Assembly (NCBI GenBank): GCA_043803405.1
Contig: JAZDKB010000019.1
Coordinates: forward strand, 304,338 to 368,337
DNA length: 64,000 bases
DNA from: Spirochaetota bacterium
Lineage (GTDB): Bacteria; Spirochaetota; UBA4802; JAFGDQ01
Direction of reading: 5' to 3'
Shown piece after piece: positions 19,539 through 29,261 of the stretch (the stretch's first letter is position 1; each line of letters starts with the position of its first letter). Under the pieces are notes generated by a model. That model did not search any database. It was not told the DNA's origin and worked only from the letters and a program-made list of their open reading frames with translations. A program made the translations under genes and the position numbers.

Positions 19539-20804
19539 TTAATTCTCGGATGTCTTAGGTTTTCTGGCCAGGAATACTGCTAAAAACAATGCCAGAAGGG
19601 TGTATGACAAAAAAAGATAAAATCCGGGCTGAAGGGAACTGCCATTAAAAGTTAATATATCCTGTTTCTGCGCGACCAGGTTCATATAACTGAGCTGATT
19701 TTTTATCATCCCGTTAAATCCTATATAGGACATGGAAATAGCAACAGCCATAACATCTGCCATGGACCATTTGCCGGATTTAAAGACAAAAAATTTAATA
19801 AACGGATTATCACTTGCTTTGAAAAAATTATAATAATATATCATTGATGATATCATTTTAAGTATAGGAAATACAACGCTGAAAGTCATCATCAGAAATC
19901 CGACAAATTTCATCATAAAATCCTTATCATTGATCATAATCCGGAATACATCTATAATGCTTTTGCTCTGAAAATATAATATCTGGTCTACAAAATGGAT
20001 GGGGTGCCCCATAACCATAAAAGTAATTCTGGAAATTTTTGCTTCAATATTCATCATCGGCATAGTTACACCGGCTATAAGCAGGGGAATAAGGGAGATA
20101 ATAAGAATTATATATCTGGAGGGAGTTAAGGGCTTCATTCTGAAACCGGACATACAAAAAAGGATGACTGAAAGTATGATCATCGTAAGTGACTCACGGA
20201 AAATCAGATTATTTGTATACTCGATTCTATTGTTGACCCTGATCCTAGCCGTTTCAATATCGCTGGAATTAGTATCGGACAGGATATTTTTCAACTGAGA
20301 TCCATCCTGTATGTCGTAGGTTTTTTTTGAAAATTTAAGAACCTCGTTGTTCAGAATAAGTTTTATCTGATCCTTTGTTTTGGCTGTGATCATTTCATGA
20401 TAGATTGCATCGGCGTATTCGGGAATCCCTTTTTTAATAGCATCCATGCTGACAAAAATTTCCATAATGGATAGTTTAGCCTTGCCCCATGCAGAACCGG
20501 AATAATCATCCCTGATTCTTATTTCTACTTTATCAATAAGCGTATTCAGCAGATCCCTGATTTTATTTTTAAGATCCTGTTCGTTCTTTTCCGTGAGATC
20601 TAACGTATTTATCTCAGTTATAAGAATTCCGGCAACATGCTGTTTCCACTTTCCAAGATTTAAAATACCATATTTAACGTTATTGACTTCGGCGTAATCG
20701 TCTCTGTTCTTCTGATTGATAATTGAATTTGAAATAATCTGCTGACATAAAACAGCAGATACCAGTAAAATTATTATGGATAAGATAAAATTGAACCGCT
20801 TCAT
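19539..20804 (-). CDS. Membrane protein with a C-terminal PqiA-like (paraquat-inducible protein A) domain and an N-terminal periplasmic region of about 200 aa
   Basis: A signal/anchor, then multiple TM helices with GKWSMADVMAVAI resembling the PqiA RWSM(L)DVF motif. No adjacent MCE/PqiB gene. Confidence 0.4.
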   Translation of the reverse strand: MKRFNFILSIIILLVSAVLCQQIISNSIINQKNRDDYAEVNNVKYGILNLGKWKQHVAGILITEINTLDLTEKNEQDLKNKIRDLLNTLIDKVEIRIRDDYSGSAWGKAKLSIMEIFVSMDAIKKGIPEYADAIYHEMITAKTKDQIKLILNNEVLKFSKKTYDIQDGSQLKNILSDTNSSDIETARIRVNNRIEYTNNLIFRESLTMIILSVILFCMSGFRMKPLTPSRYIILIISLIPLLIAGVTMPMMNIEAKISRITFMVMGHPIHFVDQILYFQSKSIIDVFRIMINDKDFMMKFVGFLMMTFSVVFPILKMISSMIYYYNFFKASDNPFIKFFVFKSGKWSMADVMAVAISMSYIGFNGMIKNQLSYMNLVAQKQDILTFNGSSLQPGFYLFLSYTLLALFLAVFLARKPKTSEN

Positions 20805-21132
20805 TGTAAAATGCTCTTTATCCGTTTAGACATCTCAGAGAAAAGGATGTATCAATACTCTGGCTGACCATTTCGATTATTTTGCCACAATACACAATAC
20901 AGCAATTAAAAAGTTTCAGGACGCACTCTTAAATAATATTTTGCTATTTATAAAAAGGATCATATTCTTTGGCAAGAAAGATAAATTTTTATCAACCTTC
21001 ATTTATCTTTTTTGGTAATATGTCAGCGGAGCATGATCCGGTAAGAAGATGCCCCACGCGTTTAAAGCTTTTATGATCGGAAGCTGGTAAAAAAATAGTC
21101 AATGTGTGGAAGGGCTGCCGTTATGCCATTTA

Positions 21133-21729
21133 TTAGAAATTCTTTTTTGACGCAAAGGCATATTCTTCCCTTGAATAACAAAATACGTTTCCTTCACGGC
21201 TGCACAGTAATTCCGCATGGATAGTCAGCGCGTCAACCAATGCCTGTTTGAATGACTTATCGCCATTATGGAATCCCTTTTCATGGAGTTGAACGATTAT
21301 ATCAACCGAAGCCAATGGGTCGATTATGGCAATGGTGTAAACATACCAGTCGTCAAGATTGTCGATCAGAATTTTTTTTGTTTCAGGACTTAAGAGTTCA
21401 TGGGCAGGGCACAGATATCTTCTGCAGGTATCGGCACCGAAGAGTCCCTTGTCACGCTGGTCCGCGCCGGCAACGTTCGGATGCACAAGGCATCCGGGAA
21501 TCCCGTCGGCAATGAATCCATGGAAGGGACAGATATGCGAAGATGCATCCCTGCACGATGCCGTCTGCTCAGGGTAGCTTCCGTCTATCTGATAACGCCA
21601 GTAGTTCGCGGTGCGAAAGGTACCTGCATTTAAAAAATCCGTCAGATTCTCCCGCGAGATATCGGTGTGATTCATCAGGCCGCAGCAGGCTGCGCAGGAT
21701 TTGGTTTTATCGGGCATGCATAGATTCAT
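21133..21729 (-). CDS. Cys-rich hypothetical protein, possibly a metal/Fe-S-binding protein of the CxxCxxCC (YkgJ) type. It is GC-richer than the surrounding DNA, and the start is reassigned to 21729.
   Basis: MNLCMPDKTKSCAACCG...ICPFHG...CRRYLCPAHE. About 50% GC against about 38% around it. Several overlapping small + strand ORFs here are composition artefacts. Confidence 0.35.
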   Translation of the reverse strand: MNLCMPDKTKSCAACCGLMNHTDISRENLTDFLNAGTFRTANYWRYQIDGSYPEQTASCRDASSHICPFHGFIADGIPGCLVHPNVAGADQRDKGLFGADTCRRYLCPAHELLSPETKKILIDNLDDWYVYTIAIIDPLASVDIIVQLHEKGFHNGDKSFKQALVDALTIHAELLCSREGNVFCYSREEYAFASKKNF

Positions 21730-21957
21730 AGTCAGCACCTTATTGAATATCCGTACACCGGGGGCGGCTAATTCAGGCTGATGTGCCGGCTTGAGGATGC
21801 CACCATGACGGCGCAAATCTCCCCGTCGGATTTTTTGGCAAATCATTGTCACCCGAAAATAGAGATCCGGTTTTTCCGGGAAATATATAATGCTGGATGT
21901 GTACGAGATGCGAAAAATCCCAGCTGTCAACACTTTTTATTTCAAGGCCTTAAACTA

Positions 21958-23460
21958 TTAAAGAGAGAAGAAGCCAAGATCCTCCTGAGTTTTCTCTGAC
22001 TGGCTGTACAGGTTTTCCGAAGTAGCGACAAGTTCTTCAGATGATGATGCTGTGCTTTGACTGATGCTGTTCAGTTGATTCATGGCAACATTGATCTGGG
22101 TAACCCCTGCATTTTGCTCTTCCGCCGCCGTAGCAATATCCTGAATCAATTGAGCTGTCTTTGTAATTTCAGGTATAATTCTGTTGATAAGACCGCTTGC
22201 GTTCTCAGAAATCTCCATACTGTCGCCTGAGAGCTTGTTTATTTCCTGTGATAATTGCTGGCTTTTTTCCGCGAGCTTTCTTACCTCAACAGCGACCACC
22301 GCAAAACCTTTGCCGTAATTACCGGCACGGGCCGCTTCAATGGCCGCGTTGAGCGCTAAAAGATTTGTCTGATAGGCAATGTCTTCAATACTTTTTATTT
22401 TCGTTGATATTATTTGCATGACACCTACTGTTTTATTGACTGCTTCATTTCCCTCCTGTGCCAGCGACGCAGTTTGCTGCGCAATTTCATCGGTATGCCT
22501 GGCGCTTAAGGATATCTGGGTAATGCTGGCTCCCATCTGCTCAAGAGATGATGATATCTCCTCAATATTTGCCGCCTGATCATTAGCCGCGGTACTGAGA
22601 ACCTGGGCCGCAGAGCTGAGTTCTCCTGAAGCCTGCGCTGTGGAATCGTTTCCATCATTTATGGAAGTGATAATCGATCTTAATTTATCAATTAAATGGC
22701 TGAAATGAGTCATGAGCTGTCCTAATTCGTCTTCTGATTCAACGAAGCTCCAGGACTTGAAATCACCCTCCGCAAGACGGCCTGTGATGGCAACCATATT
22801 GCTGATTGGCCTGGTTATGCTCCAGATAATCAGGATGCTGATGATGATCCCGAAGAATATGGCTGTAATGGAAACAACTATGATAAGGGAATTAATTTTA
22901 TAAGAGTATTGCTTTGAGTGGGAATATGTTTCTGTCATCTGGTCTTTAAGTTTTGTATTAATACTGTTAAGGTATTCGCGGACTATCCCGAGACTTGGCT
23001 GGGTTTTTGTATCGAACTCACGTACCGCCAGTTGTTTTGACATATAGTTCTTTATATCGATATATTTTTTTATATTTAGTGCTGATTCATGGAGCCGGTT
23101 ATGAGGTTCTTCAATTTTTTTGAAATCATTGATCAAATACGGGAAAAATTTTTCGACTTCCTCCCGTGCCTTGCTGTAATACCATTTACCGAAGTTGCAT
23201 TGATGAGGGTCTGCTTGAATGTCGTTAATATTTTTATCGAGAATGATATTTTGCTGGAGTTTCAAAACCCAGTCGACATGGTCGATTTCCCTATTTTCCA
23301 TGCTTGAGACGATATCGTTACTTATTTTTATTTTTTCGGAATTGGCATTGATGATATTCATTCCCCGGATTGAAAAGGAAGAAACACCAATGATAAAAAT
23401 GAGCAATACCCCAGAAGCGAACCCAAGCTTTTTCCACAGTTTCAGGTTTTTCCACCTCAT
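21958..23460 (-). CDS. Methyl-accepting chemotaxis protein with an N-terminal CZB-like (HxCxFGKW) periplasmic sensor module
   Basis: The C-terminal signalling domain includes [40 protein letters not shown] region is present. [10 protein letters not shown] lies in the N-terminal domain. Confidence 0.9.
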   Translation of the reverse strand: MRWKNLKLWKKLGFASGVLLIFIIGVSSFSIRGMNIINANSEKIKISNDIVSSMENREIDHVDWVLKLQQNIILDKNINDIQADPHQCNFGKWYYSKAREEVEKFFPYLINDFKKIEEPHNRLHESALNIKKYIDIKNYMSKQLAVREFDTKTQPSLGIVREYLNSINTKLKDQMTETYSHSKQYSYKINSLIIVVSITAIFFGIIISILIIWSITRPISNMVAITGRLAEGDFKSWSFVESEDELGQLMTHFSHLIDKLRSIITSINDGNDSTAQASGELSSAAQVLSTAANDQAANIEEISSSLEQMGASITQISLSARHTDEIAQQTASLAQEGNEAVNKTVGVMQIISTKIKSIEDIAYQTNLLALNAAIEAARAGNYGKGFAVVAVEVRKLAEKSQQLSQEINKLSGDSMEISENASGLINRIIPEITKTAQLIQDIATAAEEQNAGVTQINVAMNQLNSISQSTASSSEELVATSENLYSQSEKTQEDLGFFSL

Positions 23461-23660
23461 ATCTACCTCCGTGCATCGAATAACAGATATTATTTGAAAA
23501 TGATAATTATTATTCTACTAAACAATAAAAACAATTACATCTTTTTTTTTATAAAAAACAAAAAAATACTTTCTGTAGCAAACTATCCTGCAGCTGAAGC
23601 AAGAGCACATGTAATTTTTTCTATGCAAGCTCCTCGTAATCTGTATTTAACAGTATTACT

Positions 23661-24083
23661 TCAATCAATGTAAACAGGAACATAATTCATTCCCATTGAA
23701 TCCTTTTTCATTTTACTTGAAAAATCTTCAGGGCCCATCGGATTCCCGTAAAAACCTATTTTTTGCCCATGTTTCAATTTTTTGCGGCTGTCATATACTG
23801 CAATTAAGGTAGCCGACTTTTTATCGGAATTTACTTTAAGATAATAAAATTCCACAACTTTAGCGTCGTTAGTGCCCCATTCTTCCAGATATACCGGCAA
23901 ATAATCCATCCCCATTGAATCTTTTTTTGCTTTGGGAGACCAATCTTTCAGACCCATAGGTGCAACATAAAACACAATTTGTTTTCCTGTTTTATGTTTC
24001 ATGGATTCAGAATAAACCTGTGCGCTGAAAACTGCTCCTAATAAAACCGTTATAAACAGTGATGCAAAAATTTTTTTGTTCAT
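23661..24083 (-). CDS. Small periplasmic protein (140 aa, signal peptide) with a tandem-duplicated KKDSMGM(D/N)Y(L/V)PVY Met-rich motif. It is a candidate Cu(I)/Ag(I) metallochaperone, with the start reassigned to 24083.
   Basis: MNKKIFASLFITVLLGAVFSAQV signal. Two copies of about 55 aa end in KKDSMGMDYLPVY and KKDSMGMNYVPVY. The same KDSMGMD motif occurs in the CusB N-terminus. An AAGGAG-type RBS is present. Confidence 0.55.
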   Translation of the reverse strand: MNKKIFASLFITVLLGAVFSAQVYSESMKHKTGKQIVFYVAPMGLKDWSPKAKKDSMGMDYLPVYLEEWGTNDAKVVEFYYLKVNSDKKSATLIAVYDSRKKLKHGQKIGFYGNPMGPEDFSSKMKKDSMGMNYVPVYID

Positions 24084-24136
24084 ACTGGTTTTTCTCCTTT
24101 TATCAAATTTATAAAATGTGCTTAAATTAAAAAGCC

Positions 24137-27100
24137 TTATTTTAGTTCCCGTTTCTTCCACAGAAGGTAAATTGCCGGATACACAAGCAATTCCATAATA
24201 AATGATGTAAAAAGCCCTCCGACCATAGGCGCCGCGATGCGTTTCATTACGTCTGCGCCTGTGCCCATTGACCACATGATCGGCATAAGACCCATGGTTG
24301 CAGCCATAACTGTCATGATCTTAGGGCGGATACGTTTAACAGCACCGTGAACAATAGCCTCTTTAAGATCTACGAGGGTATGAAGCCTGCCTTTCTTTTT
24401 GGCTTCATCATGCGAGAGATCAAGGAATAACAGCATAAAAACACCGGTTTCTGCATCGAGTCCCATAAGAGCTATCATCCCTACCCACGCGGCTATGGAT
24501 GTATGATATCCAAGACCGAACATGAGCCATATTGCACCCACAACCGAAAAAGGCACAGCCAGCATTACCACTGCCGCTTTGAAAGCTGATTTCGTGTTCA
24601 TATAAAGAAGAACGAATATAAGAAGTATTGTTATAGGCAGCACTATTTTAAGACGTTCGGCAACGCGCTGCATATTTTCGTACTGCCCGCTCCAGGTAAG
24701 CGTATACCCCTGCGGCATCTTTACGCCGCTTTTAACCATCTGTTTTGCTTCTTCAACGTATGAACCGACATCGCGGTCTGCGATATCGACATACACATAG
24801 CCTGCCAGGCGGCCATTTTCATCACGGATCATTGAAGGGCCATATGTCAGTTTAATATCCGCGACTTCCCTCATAGGCACCTGTGCTCCGTTCATGGCTG
24901 TAATGTATACCCGCTCCAGGTCGTCCACCTGCGTCCTTAAACTGCGGGGATACCTGACATTAATTGAATATCGTTCCCTGCCTTCGATGGTCGTGGATAC
25001 AGTGTCGCCGCCGATAGCGCTCATGACGACTTCCTGAAAATCATCGATATTTAATCCATATCGTGCAAGTGCTTCACGTTTTGGTATAAGATCAACGTAA
25101 AAGCCGCCTCCTACGCGTTCGGAAAACACACTGCGTGTACCGGGTACGGATTTAATAACGCGTTCAATTTCGCTTCCAAGCCTCTGTATTTCCATGAGAT
25201 CAGAACCGAATATTTTGATGCCCACAGGAGTCCTGACGCCTGTGGTCAACATATCGATGCGTCCTTTGATCGGCATGGTCCAGGCATTCGAATTTCCCGG
25301 GATCTGAAGGGACTGATCCATGAGAGCTATGAGCTCGTCATATGAAATTTTATCCGGCCAGACATGACGGAACAGCCAGGCGAGCGGAGCCGGCGCCCAT
25401 GCCGAATACCAGCGCTTCTTCTCCCGCCATTCGCTCTGCGGTTTCAGATGTATTGTCGTTTCCATCATGGAAAACGGCGCCGGGTCCGTTGATGTATCCG
25501 CCCTTCCCGCTTTGCCAAACACAGTATCTACTTCTGGAAAGGATTTTAATATTTTATCCTGGATTATAAGCAGGTTCCGCGCTTCGGTCACTGAAATCCC
25601 AGGCAGCGTGGTCGGCATATAGAGTACCGTACCTTCGTTTAGCGGTGGCATGAATTCAGAACCGAGTTTAAAATATACGGGGATCGATATCATTACTATC
25701 AGTACAGCTCCTGCAATAACCCTTTTAGGATGTTCCAATACCCAGCGGCAGGGAGCATCATATAACCGGAAAAGAATTTTACTGACAGGATGTTTTTCTT
25801 CAGAATAATATTTTCCCACAAATAGGTTAGTTGCTACAGATGCGAGCCATTTCGGTTTCAGGCTAAAAGGCTCCAGCCTTGCAAAAAGCATGCGGACCGC
25901 AGGGTCAAGGGTAACGGCAAGTAGCGAGGCTATTGCTATTGTGAGTGTTTTAGTCCATGCCAGGGGCGTGAAAAGCCGCCCCTCCTGATCCACCAGCGTA
26001 AAAACCGGGAGAAATGCTACTGCAATTACCAGGAGAGAAAAGAAAACCGACGGCCCAACCTCCATAAGCGCCTCAAGGCGCACTTCATGAAAATCGCCTT
26101 TCCGTCCTCCTTCTATCCATAACTCGATTTTCTTGTACGCATTTTCAACTTCAACTATTGCGCCATCCACCAGCACACCAATGGAAATGGCAATGCCCGC
26201 AAGGCTCATAATATTTGACGAGATCCCGAAGAAGTACATTGGAATAAATGCCAGTGCTACAGATATGGGTATGGTGATGATCGGTACCAGAGCAGAAGGA
26301 AAGTGCCACAGGAACAGGAGAATGACAAGACTCACGATTACCATTTCCACGATAAGTTCTTCCTTCAGATTATCGATGGATCTCTGTATCAGGTCTGAAC
26401 GGTCATAAACGGTTTTAATTTCTACTCCTTCCGGAAGCGAAGGTTTCAAATCCTCAATCTTTGCCTTAATTCGTTCGATGACGTTCAAGGCGTTTTCACC
26501 ATGCCGTATAACGACTATGCCGCCGGTAACATCTCCGAGGCCGTTTAATTCGGCAAGTCCGCGACGTATCTGGGGCCCAATGGTTATAGTAGCTACATTC
26601 TCCAGGAGTACCGGTGTCCCCTTGCTCTCTTTCACAGGGACTTTCCTGAGATCATCAACGCTTTTAACATATCCCTTGGCCCGCACCATGAATTCCTTGC
26701 CTGACCATTCAATCAGCCGCCCGCCTGCTTCGTTGTTATTTTTCTTGATAGCTTCAATAACATTCATTAGCGAAAGGTTGTACGTATGGAGACGATTGGG
26801 ATCAACTATTACCTGGTACTGCTTCTCAAAGCCGCCGATGCCGGCGACTTCCGACACGCCCGGCACACTCTGCAGCGCGTATTTGAGTGTCCAGTCCTGG
26901 AACGACCGGAGGCTGGCAAGGTCGTGTTTGCCGGATTTGTCGACAAGGGCGTACTGGAAAACCCATCCTACGCCTGTGGCATCCGGACCTAGTTCAGACT
27001 TAACTCCAGGCGGTAAGTTTCCCTGTATTTTTGACAGGTACTCGAGCACGCGGCTGCGCGCCCAGTAAATGTCCGTACCGTCCTGGAAGATAACGTACAC

Positions 27101-27373
27101 ATAAGAAAAGCCGAAATCGCTGTACCCGCGAATGGCCTTTACGCGGGGAGCGCCTAAAAGCGCGGATATAATCGGATAGGTGACCTGATCTTCAAGAATG
27201 TCAGGACTTCTGTCCCATTTCGTGTATACGATAACCTGTGTGTCTGAGAGATCCGGTATTGCGTCAAGGGGGATATTATACATGGAATAGACGGCATATG
27301 CAATCGCGGCTGCCATGAGCAATATTATCATTATTCTATTATGGGCGGAAAATGATATTATTTTTCTTATCAT
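24137..27373 (-). CDS. cusA: CusA/CzcA-family heavy-metal efflux RND permease
   Basis: 1078 aa with 12 TM helices. Canonical N-terminus IISFSAHNRIMIILLMAAAIAYAVYS...DAIPDLSDTQVIVYT. Confidence 0.95.
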   Translation of the reverse strand: MIRKIISFSAHNRIMIILLMAAAIAYAVYSMYNIPLDAIPDLSDTQVIVYTKWDRSPDILEDQVTYPIISALLGAPRVKAIRGYSDFGFSYVYVIFQDGTDIYWARSRVLEYLSKIQGNLPPGVKSELGPDATGVGWVFQYALVDKSGKHDLASLRSFQDWTLKYALQSVPGVSEVAGIGGFEKQYQVIVDPNRLHTYNLSLMNVIEAIKKNNNEAGGRLIEWSGKEFMVRAKGYVKSVDDLRKVPVKESKGTPVLLENVATITIGPQIRRGLAELNGLGDVTGGIVVIRHGENALNVIERIKAKIEDLKPSLPEGVEIKTVYDRSDLIQRSIDNLKEELIVEMVIVSLVILLFLWHFPSALVPIITIPISVALAFIPMYFFGISSNIMSLAGIAISIGVLVDGAIVEVENAYKKIELWIEGGRKGDFHEVRLEALMEVGPSVFFSLLVIAVAFLPVFTLVDQEGRLFTPLAWTKTLTIAIASLLAVTLDPAVRMLFARLEPFSLKPKWLASVATNLFVGKYYSEEKHPVSKILFRLYDAPCRWVLEHPKRVIAGAVLIVMISIPVYFKLGSEFMPPLNEGTVLYMPTTLPGISVTEARNLLIIQDKILKSFPEVDTVFGKAGRADTSTDPAPFSMMETTIHLKPQSEWREKKRWYSAWAPAPLAWLFRHVWPDKISYDELIALMDQSLQIPGNSNAWTMPIKGRIDMLTTGVRTPVGIKIFGSDLMEIQRLGSEIERVIKSVPGTRSVFSERVGGGFYVDLIPKREALARYGLNIDDFQEVVMSAIGGDTVSTTIEGRERYSINVRYPRSLRTQVDDLERVYITAMNGAQVPMREVADIKLTYGPSMIRDENGRLAGYVYVDIADRDVGSYVEEAKQMVKSGVKMPQGYTLTWSGQYENMQRVAERLKIVLPITILLIFVLLYMNTKSAFKAAVVMLAVPFSVVGAIWLMFGLGYHTSIAAWVGMIALMGLDAETGVFMLLFLDLSHDEAKKKGRLHTLVDLKEAIVHGAVKRIRPKIMTVMAATMGLMPIMWSMGTGADVMKRIAAPMVGGLFTSFIMELLVYPAIYLLWKKRELK

Positions 27374-27440
27374 TCTGGAAACCTATTTTATATTTATAAC
27401 ATGAATTTTTAACCTAACCACTCTATGTGTCATCTCTATG

Positions 27441-27641
27441 TCATTTGAAGCTTCGAACAAGTTGTTTGAAGCTTCGCGCAACTCATTTGAAGCTTCGCGA
27501 GACTCATTTGAAGCTTCGCGTAACTTATTTGAAGCTTCGCGCAACTTATTTAAAGCTTCGTGCAACTCGTTTGAAGCTTCGCGAGACTCATTTGAAGCTT
27601 CGCGTAGCTCATTTGAAGCTTCGCGTAACTCGTTTGAAGCT
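27441..27641. repeat. Tandem direct-repeat array: about 9.5 copies of a 21-bp unit with consensus TCATTTGAAGCTTCGCGNAAC. Each unit carries the 8-bp palindrome GAAGCTTC. The array sits 68-270 bp upstream of the cusA start.
   Basis: Read directly. The period is strictly 21 bp, and variation is confined to 3-4 positions per unit. Confidence 0.9.
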
Positions 27642-27856
27642 ATAAATCCGGCATTTTAAGTAATAAATTCAATTATTTGAACAAAACTCCCCTGCAATTG
27701 CGTTAAACGTTGAATCGTATGAATACATATGTGCCGCTAATGCCCCCTAACCCCCTGAGGGGGCATAATGAATTTCAGTCACATTGCTTTTCTGCTTCTG
27801 ATCACTGTATAATTTAAATTCAACACTATGTCTTCCAGTTAAAACCATCCAAGCCG

Positions 27857-27884
27857 GTGCCCCCTCCGGGGGATAGGGGGCCAG
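27857..27884 (-). terminator. GC hairpin (CCCCC-TCC-GGGGG) followed by a T-run on the minus strand, immediately 3' of cusB. A near-identical CCCCCTGAGGGGG hairpin is at 27741-27753.
   Basis: Read directly. Putative terminator or attenuator between cusB and the cusA promoter/repeat array. Confidence 0.4.
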
Positions 27885-29261
27885 TTAGTTCCCGCCCACA
27901 GCTGATTTTAATGCAGCTTTCAACGAAGATTCAGAGTCTATAAGAAAATTCGCTGAAGTGACAACCAACTCACCCTTCTTTAATCCGGAGACGATCTCAT
28001 AATAACCGTCGCTGGACCGGATGCCGAGTTTGACCTCGTAAGGCACGATCAAATCGCCCTTCCCTTTGATGAAAACATAATTTCGTTCGCCGGTCTGCAT
28101 AACAGCCTGTTCGGGGACAGCTGTTCTTTTACCAATGTTGTATGACAGTTTCGCATCGCCGTACATGTTCGGTTTGAGTACCAACTCAGAATTCGGGATT
28201 TCAATCCTGGCCTTAAGAACACGCGTTTCAGCATCCATAAAAGGATTGAGAAAGCTGACATAGCCTTTGAATGTTTTTCCCTGCCAGTATGACAGTGTCA
28301 CTTCCACAGGCATCCCGACCCTGACATACGGAAGGTCTGTTTCATGAAGATCTATTTCTCCCCAGACCCTGGACAGGTCAACGATTACCATAAGCGCGTC
28401 GTTCATCATAATCCTCTGGCCCTGGAGTACCATCTTCTCTGTTACATATCCGGAAGACGGAGCGTAAAGCTTTACTGCACGCTCAATCCTTCCTGTTGTA
28501 CTGAAATGCTCTATCTGTACGTCGGTTATATCCAGCAGCCTGAGTCTTTCCCGCGCCGCTTTTTCAATCTCATCCATGCTGTCCGACATATTATCACCGG
28601 AATCAGTCTTTAATTTTTGTTTTGCCTTTAATGCGGACAGATACTCCTGCTGCGCAGAAAGTAGCTCAGGACTGTATACCGATAATAACGGGCTTCCTTT
28701 CTTTACAAACTGCCCGGTCTGGTTCACATACAACTCCTCTACCCATCCGGTTACCTTCGTTGTCACTTTGAACTGCCGCGTTTCATCCGGAACTATCCTG
28801 GTCGAAGTGTGTATCTCCCTGCGTATGTTCCTGATTTTTATCTCCTCAAACGACAGCCCGATTATTTCCCGCTTTTCCTTTGTTATGATAACCGGCGCCA
28901 GGCCGGAAGGCGTTTTAATATCTTCCTCCCTGCCGCCCACCTCAAAGGGAATCATGTCCATCCCCATAGAGTCTTTTCCCGGTTTGTCACTCACCTCATT
29001 CGGGTTCATGGAGGACTTGTACATTATTTTTTTTTCTTTGGATTTCTCCTCTTTTTTGATGGGTATAAGCTTCATGCCGCAGATAGGGCACTCACCCGGT
29101 TCGTCCCTGATAATCTGTGGATGCATGGCACATGTATAAAGCTGTTTTTCTTCTATCCCGGAGTGGTCTTTATGTGAATGAAATATATATGTGTAACTTA
29201 AATATCCGCCAAAAGCTATAAGTATGATAATTATTATAATAAATAGTTTGCGTCTTTTCAT
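27885..29261 (-). CDS. cusB: CusB-like RND periplasmic adaptor with an N-terminal heavy-metal-binding domain
   Basis: YTCAMHPQIIRDEPGECPICGMKL (CxxxHP...CPxCGM HMBD), then KPGKDSMGMDMIP, then membrane-fusion-protein lipoyl/beta-barrel regions. Confidence 0.9.
   Translation of the reverse strand: MKRRKLFIIIIIILIAFGGYLSYTYIFHSHKDHSGIEEKQLYTCAMHPQIIRDEPGECPICGMKLIPIKKEEKSKEKKIMYKSSMNPNEVSDKPGKDSMGMDMIPFEVGGREEDIKTPSGLAPVIITKEKREIIGLSFEEIKIRNIRREIHTSTRIVPDETRQFKVTTKVTGWVEELYVNQTGQFVKKGSPLLSVYSPELLSAQQEYLSALKAKQKLKTDSGDNMSDSMDEIEKAARERLRLLDITDVQIEHFSTTGRIERAVKLYAPSSGYVTEKMVLQGQRIMMNDALMVIVDLSRVWGEIDLHETDLPYVRVGMPVEVTLSYWQGKTFKGYVSFLNPFMDAETRVLKARIEIPNSELVLKPNMYGDAKLSYNIGKRTAVPEQAVMQTGERNYVFIKGKGDLIVPYEVKLGIRSSDGYYEIVSGLKKGELVVTSANFLIDSESSLKAALKSAVGGN

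Noticed and set aside
21252-21999. Six overlapping + strand ORFs of 62-87 aa inside the 21133-21933 gene
   Set aside because: They are Arg/Pro/Ser-rich translations of the opposite strand of a GC-rich gene, with no RBS and in mutually overlapping frames. A composition artefact.
23461-23660. Searched AT-rich intergenic regions (23461-23660, 30557-31045, 43716-44036, 46131-46298) for CRISPR repeats, integrase att sites and tRNAs
   Set aside because: Nothing beyond short hairpins (for example ACAGTAAG...CTTACTGT at 43769-43820). No features called.
27383-27659. ORFs 27383-27565(-), 27427-27645(+) and 27438-27659(+) encoding EASNKLREASN.../LKLRETHLKLR... repetitive peptides. A CRISPR array was also considered.
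   Set aside because: They are translations of the 21-bp tandem repeat in three frames. The repeats are contiguous with no unique spacers of about 30 bp, so this is not CRISPR architecture, and there are no cas genes.
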